64,000 nt of DNA, from the NCBI GenBank assembly GCA_027317865.1, contig DAHVQG010000009.1:1-64000 (forward strand), written 5' to 3'. A program made the position numbers and the translations under genes. Positions within the stretch are counted from its first letter, which is position 1. Every line of letters starts with the position of its first letter. Below the pieces are notes generated by a model. It saw nothing but the letters and a program-made list of their open reading frames with translations, did no database searches and was not told where the DNA came from. Positions 40,889 to 48,898 of this stretch are shown here, piece after piece. Origin of the DNA: Bdellovibrionales bacterium (GTDB lineage Bacteria; Bdellovibrionota; Bdellovibrionia; Bdellovibrionales; UBA1609).

Positions 40889-42937
40889 ATGAAAACACAA
40901 CTCTTAATTTTGATGATCCTAACGTTGGCATTCTCGCTTAAGAGTTATGGTAATTCAAATGCAAGTTCGGGTCTTAACAACGCAATTTCAAACCTCATTT
41001 CGACTCTTGAACAAAAGAGCCAAAACGAAGCATACGAACCAAGCCACGACTCTCAAATGTTCAATCAAATTCAAACGGCGTCTGGTCTTCTTGATCATGG
41101 CGCCAATCCCAACGTATATGTGCCCGGTAGCCTGAATATGTTTATGTACAATTTCTTCGATCTCAACGCCTTCGACGCCAGTATTTTAGTTTCGGGGTTG
41201 GTTTGGAGCCCAAAACTTGTTGAGGCATTTCTCGCGCACGGAGCCTCCGCTACCGCTCCTGACAGTAGCGGCTTGGTCCCGATGGACTATGCCATTTTTA
41301 GTTTTTTGCGTAATCAAACCGATAGCGTTAGAGAAATTAAATCGGGTTTGAGAATCATTCGACTTCTTGAAGCACACGGTGCCAAATTATCCGATGCAAA
41401 ACGGGTTCAGAAGGCCTTTGGTTTGCCTCCGAACCTCAATTTTGCAAATTTAGCCCAAACCGTTCTTACGTTAAAGGTTATGTACCAGTTGGGGCTCGTC
41501 TCAAGGCAAGTCCTAATAAATGCGTCTATCGGACCGGCGGCCGCACGCGCACGTTTAAGAAATATGACAACGCTCGGGCGTAAGTTTTTAGAAAATAACG
41601 GCGCCCATTTGCGAAATCTCAAAGCCGATGCTTTGGACGGCCGCGAAATATCGCGTTTAATAGCACCTTCGTTTTATAGCGGTAAGACGCATGCAAATCT
41701 TTTCGTCGTCGAGCCAGTCGGGCATCGAGATCTTAGCCGCAAGAATTATAACGGAAAGCATAACGACGTCACGTTCAGTATAGCAACAGGTACGGCCAAA
41801 GCCATCAACCCGAAAGTTGATCCTTCAAGAATTTTTGCTTGGGGTAGCCGCTCTATTGAGCTTTATACCGATTCAAGTTTTCTTTCGACCGCCATGAAAT
41901 TGATGTTGAATCTCGGCGGAGCTCCGCTGCAAAATCGGGTCGTTTTTAGCTCTAGTTTTGGACCGAACTTGACACAGGGGATGGCGAGTATCGTTCGACA
42001 GCATACCGACGGTAACAGTTTTGATTTACAAACAGCGCTTTATTTTCAAAAATATCTCGAATCCGGTAAGCCGATCGTCTTTCAAGCCGCGGGGAATTCT
42101 TATTTAGAAGAAGGCAATTACATGAATACCATTGGAATAACCAATGGCCCTCGTACGGTTCTGGTTGGTGCGGTCGCGCGATATCCAACTGCGGATAATG
42201 TTCATCACCGATTTGTGGTTTTTCCGCAGTCTTCAGTGGGCGCTGATCTTTGTGCCCCATTGCCGCGAATGAGCAAAAAGCTGATGCTCGGTACTTCTTG
42301 CGCCACTCCTGTGGCAGCGGCACTCTATCGACAGTTTGCGGAGTGGTACAGTTCAAAGCTGAGCTACGACGAGATTATTGCGGCCGCTTTGCTTACGGCA
42401 CACAAACATATCTTGAAGTTCGTTGATCCGTATGACGCATATAACGCGATTCTAAATGGCCAATCAGTGGCGGATTTAAAGACCCAGCCCGCTACTCTTG
42501 GCGTGCGCTCGCAATGCGGAGCGGGAGTCATCAATGAAATTAAATGGCAACAAGCTCTGAACTGGATGGTCAAAAACAAGACTGAGTCGAGTCCAAGTGT
42601 ATCCGAATTTCTGCCGTTAACTAAGATTCGCACTGGCGTTTATGCCGTTACTCTGCCGAAAAGTTTGACTTTGAGTCGACTGACGTTTTTTATCCCTCAA
42701 GCTCGTGATCAGCATAGCAATATTTATGTCAAAATGCCCGCTCAGCCTGAGATAAAACTGCCTCTCAGCGCAACTGAAGTTCTTTCAACCTTTGCGTTTG
42801 CAAACCAAGACGTAAACGCTGGGGATAAAATTACCGTCTATGCCTCAGAGCCATTGCTCCGTATGGCGGGCATTGTGGTTCGCGGCGAACCGAACGGGAA
42901 TGTGATCCAAAAATTTAAAAATTGGCAAATTCGGTAG
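40889..42937 (+). CDS. Secreted ankyrin-repeat + S8 subtilase-like protease
   Basis: LLDHGANPN / LAHGA / LEAHGA ankyrin-like repeats; QAAGN; GTSCATP; ATG 40889. Confidence 0.72.
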   Translation: MKTQLLILMILTLAFSLKSYGNSNASSGLNNAISNLISTLEQKSQNEAYEPSHDSQMFNQIQTASGLLDHGANPNVYVPGSLNMFMYNFFDLNAFDASILVSGLVWSPKLVEAFLAHGASATAPDSSGLVPMDYAIFSFLRNQTDSVREIKSGLRIIRLLEAHGAKLSDAKRVQKAFGLPPNLNFANLAQTVLTLKVMYQLGLVSRQVLINASIGPAAARARLRNMTTLGRKFLENNGAHLRNLKADALDGREISRLIAPSFYSGKTHANLFVVEPVGHRDLSRKNYNGKHNDVTFSIATGTAKAINPKVDPSRIFAWGSRSIELYTDSSFLSTAMKLMLNLGGAPLQNRVVFSSSFGPNLTQGMASIVRQHTDGNSFDLQTALYFQKYLESGKPIVFQAAGNSYLEEGNYMNTIGITNGPRTVLVGAVARYPTADNVHHRFVVFPQSSVGADLCAPLPRMSKKLMLGTSCATPVAAALYRQFAEWYSSKLSYDEIIAAALLTAHKHILKFVDPYDAYNAILNGQSVADLKTQPATLGVRSQCGAGVINEIKWQQALNWMVKNKTESSPSVSEFLPLTKIRTGVYAVTLPKSLTLSRLTFFIPQARDQHSNIYVKMPAQPEIKLPLSATEVLSTFAFANQDVNAGDKITVYASEPLLRMAGIVVRGEPNGNVIQKFKNWQIR

Positions 42938-44348
42938 ATTTGGCAATATCCGAGTCGGTGTCGCGGTTGATTTCTTCAAGGGAGCGGCACTTTGTTTCGG
43001 GTACGAGGACTAACGTAAGTGCGGCACTGATTAGAGAAAGCACGGCAAGCCCCGTCATGAGCGAGCGCGCACTCATCTGTTTTAATAACAGCGGAAAGAC
43101 AAATGCTGCCACGACCGCGCCCGCGCGGCCCCCAACCACAGTAATACCTTGGGCAATACTGCGAACTCGCGTTGGCGCCAGTTCAACCCCGAGAATGCCA
43201 CTGCCCGAAACGATTCCCGGCCCAGCGCTTAAACTAAATGTATATAGACCAAATAAAATCACGGTTAATAGGGGAGCAGTTACCAACGCGCCACCGGTTT
43301 TCATCATCGGAACAAAAACTAAAAGAGCGAGAGAGCTTATTACAAAGCCCGACGCCATTAAACGTTTACGCCCCATGCGGTCGATTAGTGAGCAACCCAC
43401 CAGAGTGCCCGGAATTGTGAATAATCCGTAGATCACTAACGTGAATGAAATGGCGGTGAGACCCATACTTTCTGCTATGACCGACGGTCCAAAAAGTACG
43501 CCGGAATATAAAACGACATCGTAGAGAAACCAGAGCGTCATAGCTCCTAAAATGGGGCGGGCATGCTTTTGTAGAACCGTACGCCAGTCGCGCCGGTCAA
43601 CTTTCGGAGTCGTCGTGGGTGGTTCCCCCGTAATGTTTTTAATAACTTTGCGCGCGTCTTCTGAAGCACCTTCAAGACGAGCTAAGTATCGCGCGGTTTC
43701 GGGCATTCGTCGCCGTAAACTGAGGACGCTAAGCGCGGGGAGTGCCCCAGCGGCGAGTACGATTCGCCATTGCCAATAAGGTGCGACATGCAACGCTCGA
43801 ACTGTCAGAAAAACCAATCCAGAAGCAAGCGCACCGAAGTTCCACATTCCGGCGAAACCGAATGCAATTTTTTTGCCGCGATCTTGAGCGTTCGCGTGTT
43901 CGGCCATTATGGTGGGCGAAAGTACGTAATCGGCACCAACACCGATCCCAAGAAAAAATCGGATAACAATAAGACTCCAAAGATTGGGCGCAAAAGCTTG
44001 TGCCGCAGCCGCCATGAGGCCCACGTCGATACCGTAAAACCGTTTTCGTCCGCGTTGAGCCAGTGCGCCAAAGAGAATGGCGCCAATTGCCGCTCCAACA
44101 AGGGCCGACCCCGCTAACATTCCGCTTTGCAGTCCACTTATTGTATGAATTCCGAATGAGGCGAGGGCCACTGGTAGTACAAGGCCGATTGACGAAAGAT
44201 CGTACCCGTCGGTGAAAACTCCCATTCCGGTCGTCAGCATAGCGAGCAGGTGAAACCGCTGGAGTGGTTGGCGATCCAATGATTCGAATGCGTTTGTTTT
44301 GTCGTTCATACGTTTGAGCTGTGCTCGAAAAAAGCTTAGCAGTGACAC
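42915..44348 (-). CDS. MFS sugar/metabolite transporter
   Basis: FTDGYDL, GADY, PETARY, DRMGRK, ELAPT..R, PETK motifs. Confidence 0.9.
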   Translation of the reverse strand: MSLLSFFRAQLKRMNDKTNAFESLDRQPLQRFHLLAMLTTGMGVFTDGYDLSSIGLVLPVALASFGIHTISGLQSGMLAGSALVGAAIGAILFGALAQRGRKRFYGIDVGLMAAAAQAFAPNLWSLIVIRFFLGIGVGADYVLSPTIMAEHANAQDRGKKIAFGFAGMWNFGALASGLVFLTVRALHVAPYWQWRIVLAAGALPALSVLSLRRRMPETARYLARLEGASEDARKVIKNITGEPPTTTPKVDRRDWRTVLQKHARPILGAMTLWFLYDVVLYSGVLFGPSVIAESMGLTAISFTLVIYGLFTIPGTLVGCSLIDRMGRKRLMASGFVISSLALLVFVPMMKTGGALVTAPLLTVILFGLYTFSLSAGPGIVSGSGILGVELAPTRVRSIAQGITVVGGRAGAVVAAFVFPLLLKQMSARSLMTGLAVLSLISAALTLVLVPETKCRSLEEINRDTDSDIAKSTEFANF

Positions 44349-44405
44349 GGCGAGCGAGGACAGCGTAAAAGGGGGCGGCGCGGCTATTTTAATTTAAATA
44401 GAAGT

Positions 44406-44432
44406 TTACGGTACTTAGTCGTTTGCCGAATA
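44406..44432 (+). promoter_or_regulatory. Sigma28/FliA-like promoter
   Basis: TTAC-N15-GCCGAATA upstream of the PLD gene. Confidence 0.5.
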
Positions 44433-44539
44433 ATACGGTTGTACAATTTACATACTTCTGGCTAGTATTTCCGATCATATTTCGCGCAGGGGCTCGAACG
44501 GCGAGGGGATGCCGACGGGTACGGCGCAGAGGGGGCAAT

Positions 44540-45790
44540 ATGAATCGATTCCAGAGGTCAAGTCAGCGAACATTGAGTGCCGCAATAGCATTAGTTGTGG
44601 TCGGATTCTTCATAATCAGCGCAAATCGCGCATCTGCGAAACTGATTCCATGGCCAAATTCGCCAGCACAACCGGTGCACCGTACGCCACCCTCGCAAAA
44701 TGTAGGGCCAAGCACCAGCAACTCGGCGTCTGGTGTGACGGTTGAGGATGCATTTGCCGACCCGAGTCCGGTTGGTCCACAAAAATTGATCGCTTCGATT
44801 AACGACCCAAATACAAGGTCGATCGAAATGTGGATGTTCAGTATGTCGGATCAAAATGTCGTGAATGCTCTTGTGGCGGCGGGCGAACGGGGAGCGCAAG
44901 TCACAATCATTTTTAATGCCGGAATGTTTACGGGCCGTGACTCGAGCGTTGTCAGTGAACTTTCTAATTCGCCGAACATAAACGTCGTTCAAGCTTCGGC
45001 GGGTTTTTCGATTACCCATGCTAAAACAATGATTGTAAATGCTGGTCAGCCTGATGCCTACGCGTGGATCATGAGCATGAACGCGACGACAAATTATGCA
45101 GAAGAGGCGGATTTTGCCGTTAAAACGTCCGATTCGCGAGTGGTATCCGATTTGAATAACCTTTTTCAGTTGGATCTCCAAAACGCGCAAAACTCAACTG
45201 CTCTGAATCTCGACGGACAAGAAGGCCGGCCGAGTTTGACGAGCCCAAATCTCGTAGTTAGCCCGCAAAATTCCCTGCAAAAAATATTAGATTTGATTAA
45301 TTCGGCTCATTCTTCGATCGATATGACAGTTGAAAATATCGCATATTATCCGCCGACGCCAAAATATCCGAAACCGTTCGAGCAAATAGTGAATGCACTT
45401 ATTGCGAAAATGCGGCAAGGCGTTCGGGTGCGAGTAATTACTCCTGGTTGTGATTTAAATCCGTGGAATCCCGGTTATAACATGGACGCATTAAACGCCC
45501 TCAATCAGGCGGCAAGTCCGATGATCGTGGCCAAAATGATGCCTTACCCCGCAAGCCCGACGGCGCCATATATGCATCAAAAATTGATTATCGTCGATAA
45601 TTCCCGATTTTTTATCGGCTCTGTTAATTTTTCGATCAATTCGCTTAAGAAAGCGCGCGAGATCGGCGTCATTTCTAAGATTAACGGTGCCGATCGCTTT
45701 GTTGAACAAGAGTTTGATCAAGAATTTAACGAAGGCGTGACGCCGGCTTCTTCAGATCGGGGCATTCCTAGAAGTTGCCAAGCTTTTTAG
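44540..45790 (+). CDS. Secreted phospholipase D superfamily protein
   Basis: HAKTMIVN and HQKLIIVD...GSVN motifs; signal peptide; ATG 44540 after AGGGGG. Confidence 0.88.
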   Translation: MNRFQRSSQRTLSAAIALVVVGFFIISANRASAKLIPWPNSPAQPVHRTPPSQNVGPSTSNSASGVTVEDAFADPSPVGPQKLIASINDPNTRSIEMWMFSMSDQNVVNALVAAGERGAQVTIIFNAGMFTGRDSSVVSELSNSPNINVVQASAGFSITHAKTMIVNAGQPDAYAWIMSMNATTNYAEEADFAVKTSDSRVVSDLNNLFQLDLQNAQNSTALNLDGQEGRPSLTSPNLVVSPQNSLQKILDLINSAHSSIDMTVENIAYYPPTPKYPKPFEQIVNALIAKMRQGVRVRVITPGCDLNPWNPGYNMDALNALNQAASPMIVAKMMPYPASPTAPYMHQKLIIVDNSRFFIGSVNFSINSLKKAREIGVISKINGADRFVEQEFDQEFNEGVTPASSDRGIPRSCQAF

Positions 45791-47557
45791 GAATTGTTGA
45801 AGCGGCAACGTATTGATGACATCGGCTTTTTGAAGCCATGCGCGCCGGGCGACATCGATTCCATATCTCATGAACTGAAGTTGAGATGTGTGATGAGAGT
45901 CGGTTGAAATGGCAAATTTAATTCCGCGTTCAGCGGCGAGGCGCGCATAAATATCGGTGAGATCAAGGCGCGACGGTTGCGCGTTGATCTCAAGTATGCA
46001 ACCCCGATTTTTAACGGCGTCGAGAACACGATCAGTGTCGAAGTCGATCGCGGGCCGCTCATCAATTAATCGCGTAAGTGGATGCGCAAGAATATTTGTA
46101 TACGGATTATCAATAGCCCGGAGGAGCCGCTCCGTCTGTTTTTCTCTCGTCAGTTGAAAGCTGGAATGAACGGCGCACAACACGACATCGAGCTCCTTCA
46201 ATATCGACGTGGCGAGGTCAAGGTCGCCATTTTTTAAAATATCGACTTCGGCTGATTTTAATATTTTGATCCCTAGATGTTTGTCATTGAGTTCATCGAT
46301 TAGCTCAAGATGACGGCGAAACCGTCGTTCATCGAGACCATGGGCGATCGTTAGCGACTTTGTATGTTCGGAATTGGCTACGTACTCGTAACCTAATTTT
46401 CTTGCCGCAATTGCCATTTCTTCAAGTGTATTTAACCCGTCACTCGCCACGGTGTGAAAATGAAGATCACCGCGAATATCGGTAAGTTCAATCAGCTTCG
46501 GGAGTAGACCTTGAGCTGCAGCTTCGATTTCACCTTGGTTCTCACGTAGCTCAGGTTCGATATAAGACAAATTCAAGCAATTAAAGATTTCGTCTTCTGT
46601 CCGGCCTGCGATTTTTTTATTTTTTTTAAATACCCCGTATTCATTGATTTTAAGACCCCGTTTTTGCGCGATACTTCGAATCGCGATGTTGTGCGCTTTT
46701 GAGCCGGTGAAGTAATAAAGCGCGGCCCCATAGCTATCGTTTTGCACAATTCGAATATCGATTTGAAGACCGTTATACAGCTTTACCGTGGCTCGCGTCG
46801 GCCCTTCAGAGACGATTTGTGAGATGGCTTCAAATTTCAAAATATCCCTAAAAATGGCGGTCGCGGCTTTGCTGCCGGCGCCGCCTTTCGTAAATGTTAC
46901 GATAATATCGAGATCTCCAACGGTTTCTTTACGTCGGCGAAAACTGCCCGCGACGGTTACTTGGCCGACGCCTTTGATAAAGTTAATATAATTGACAAAC
47001 TCCGCAGCAATTGGCTCTGCATCGGATAAACGCATTCTATCGGCTGTGGTTTTTTGCAATATTTCAATTTCGCGACGAATGCGTTCTTCGGATTTTGCGC
47101 CAAACCCTGGGATGTTTTGAATCAGGTGTTTGTCTGTTGCATTGCGAAGATCGTCAATGGAGTGAATCTTTAATTGTTTATACAATTTTGCGACTTTTTT
47201 GGGCCCAAGCGACGGTACTTTCAAAAGTGCGAGAATCCCCGTGGGCAGCTCTTTTTCAATTTCAGTTTTAAGCGGAAAGCTCCCGAGTCGCGCAATCGTG
47301 AGTATTTTATTTGCAAGATCTTTGCCTATGCCGCGAATATCTTCTAGTTTTTCGCCGTGCAAAACAATTTCTTCTACGGGGCGTGGAATGCCCTCAAGAA
47401 TTCGCGCGGCATTTCGATAAGCGCGAATGCGAAACGGGTTACTACCTTTGATTTCGAGAAGGTCCGCAGTATCGTTCAACAAAGCGGCGATATCGGAATT
47501 GCGTAGCTTAGAAGCGGCGATGTGATCTTTAGCCGCCGCTGCCGGTTTTAAATCCAC
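45752..47557 (-). CDS. polX: DNA polymerase X / PHP-domain 3'-5' exonuclease
   Basis: NPFRIRAY, GSFRR, GDLD, FTGSKAHN, PELRE, GDLHFHT, TDSH. Confidence 0.95.
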   Translation of the reverse strand: MDLKPAAAAKDHIAASKLRNSDIAALLNDTADLLEIKGSNPFRIRAYRNAARILEGIPRPVEEIVLHGEKLEDIRGIGKDLANKILTIARLGSFPLKTEIEKELPTGILALLKVPSLGPKKVAKLYKQLKIHSIDDLRNATDKHLIQNIPGFGAKSEERIRREIEILQKTTADRMRLSDAEPIAAEFVNYINFIKGVGQVTVAGSFRRRKETVGDLDIIVTFTKGGAGSKAATAIFRDILKFEAISQIVSEGPTRATVKLYNGLQIDIRIVQNDSYGAALYYFTGSKAHNIAIRSIAQKRGLKINEYGVFKKNKKIAGRTEDEIFNCLNLSYIEPELRENQGEIEAAAQGLLPKLIELTDIRGDLHFHTVASDGLNTLEEMAIAARKLGYEYVANSEHTKSLTIAHGLDERRFRRHLELIDELNDKHLGIKILKSAEVDILKNGDLDLATSILKELDVVLCAVHSSFQLTREKQTERLLRAIDNPYTNILAHPLTRLIDERPAIDFDTDRVLDAVKNRGCILEINAQPSRLDLTDIYARLAAERGIKFAISTDSHHTSQLQFMRYGIDVARRAWLQKADVINTLPLQQFLKSLATSRNAPI

Positions 47558-47582
47558 GGCTAAAATTATCTAATTTTAGCCG
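47557..47582. repeat. 12-bp perfect inverted repeat at the polX start (operator or hairpin)
   Basis: CGGCTAAAATTA-TC-TAATTTTAGCCG. Confidence 0.8.
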
Positions 47583-47648
47583 CCAATGAGACAATCGATG
47601 TGTTCTTATTTCGAAATCTTTTTGGGGAGATTCGGATAAAGTCGATTA

Positions 47649-48227
47649 CTACGGTTTATCGAAATTTTTTTGTGCGAAATCCCAATTGATAAGATTCACA
47701 AATGAGTCGAAATATTTACCGCGGTCATTTCGATAATCTATGTAATAGGCGTGCTCCCAAAGATCGATTGTCAGAAGCGCACGTTTATCGGTTCGCAAAA
47801 GATTTTCGCCGTCATGAGTTGTTTCGATCTGAAGCCGGCCATTTTCTTTTACGATCCAAGCCCAACCCGAACCGAACGCTCCCAAAACTTTGTTGCGAAA
47901 CGCTTGTAAGAATTTATCTGTTGACCCAAATTCTTTGTCGATGGCGGCAGCGAGTGCGCCGGTTGGTTTCAGTTTTTCGGGGGATAACGATTGCCACAAA
48001 AACGCATGGTTCCACGCTTGGGCGGCGTTATTGTAAATCGTCCCGCTTGAATATTTAATTATTGTTTCTATCGGCGAATTTTCAAACGGTGTACCGGCGA
48101 CTAACGTATTGAGTTTATCGACATAGGCTTTATGGTGTTTGCCGTAGTGAAAGCGAATCGTTTCGGCAGTCATGTACGGTTCGAGAGCATTTTCTTTAAA
48201 TTGAAGTGCAGGCAGTTCGTGTTTCAT
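47649..48227 (-). CDS. sodB: Superoxide dismutase [Fe]
   Basis: HYGKHH, NNAAQAWNH (Fe-type AAQ), FGSGWAW, DLWEHAYY; ATG 48227 after AAGGAG. Confidence 0.93.
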   Translation of the reverse strand: MKHELPALQFKENALEPYMTAETIRFHYGKHHKAYVDKLNTLVAGTPFENSPIETIIKYSSGTIYNNAAQAWNHAFLWQSLSPEKLKPTGALAAAIDKEFGSTDKFLQAFRNKVLGAFGSGWAWIVKENGRLQIETTHDGENLLRTDKRALLTIDLWEHAYYIDYRNDRGKYFDSFVNLINWDFAQKNFDKP

Positions 48228-48254
48228 AGGGTCACTCCTTTCAAAGGACAATTC

Positions 48255-48284
48255 AGGATAGAAAAATTAGCGAGTCGGTGTCAA
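48255..48284 (-). promoter_or_regulatory. Sigma70-like promoter of sodB
   Basis: TTGACA-N18-TATCCT. Confidence 0.55.
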
Positions 48285-48333
48285 TGTCAATGTCTGAGCG
48301 TCAAGAGAGCTTTGAATCGTTACGAGAACGCAC

Positions 48334-48720
48334 TCAAATCGCCCGCAACAAATAACGAGCGAGAAAAAGTCCTGTGGCTGCAGCGAGACAACCCACGAGC
48401 GGACTGCCAAAAAGATAAATACCGCCCATGAGAAATTCAGATTGCTCCAAGAGGCGAGTCCCTTCAAGTGCATATGATGAAAAAGTAGTAAAACCACCTA
48501 GAAGACCGACTAAGAGCCCGACGCGCACATCCACAGATAGGACACCTTTTTCGACGCCTAAACTGTAGACCACGCCGATTAAAAAAGATCCAATAATGTT
48601 AATGATAAATGTACCAAGTGGAAAGTGTTGTGTCGGCATATAACGGGCTACAAAAAGCGCAACCAAATAACGGCTGAAGACCCCGATTAGACCGAAGACG
48701 GCAATCAAAAGAATTTTCAT
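48334..48720 (-). CDS. crcB: Fluoride efflux channel CrcB/FluC
   Basis: SRY, FPLGTFIINIIGS, GGFTTFSS; ATG 48720 after GGGAG. Confidence 0.95.
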   Translation of the reverse strand: MKILLIAVFGLIGVFSRYLVALFVARYMPTQHFPLGTFIINIIGSFLIGVVYSLGVEKGVLSVDVRVGLLVGLLGGFTTFSSYALEGTRLLEQSEFLMGGIYLFGSPLVGCLAAATGLFLARYLLRAI

Positions 48721-48754
48721 AAATACTCCCACTGTTGTTACAAACTGTTATTCA

Positions 48755-48830
48755 GTAGGAGTTATCAGCCTAATGTTTTACGGCAGGCAAAGCCCGGTAT
48801 CATTGGCGGTTATGGTGAACTCCATCACCT
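48755..48830 (-). ncRNA. Fluoride riboswitch (crcB motif)
   Basis: GGTGATGGAGTTCACCATAACCGCC...GGCTGATAACTCCTAC; P1 and the GGAGTT/AACTCC pseudoknot are present; directly upstream of crcB. Confidence 0.93.
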
Positions 48831-48898
48831 TTCAATTAATCTGTCTTTTAAAATTCTATTTGTCAAAGGTCGGGTTGCTACAAATATTAGCCGCAGTG

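Noticed and set aside
44540..47557. PLD + PolX as a defence or repair system
   Set aside because: The genes are convergent, PLD is exported, and PolX is a canonical stand-alone enzyme
45752..48830. Fluoride riboswitch controlling a crcB-sodB-polX operon
   Set aside because: sodB and polX each have their own candidate promoters; read-through cannot be shown from sequence
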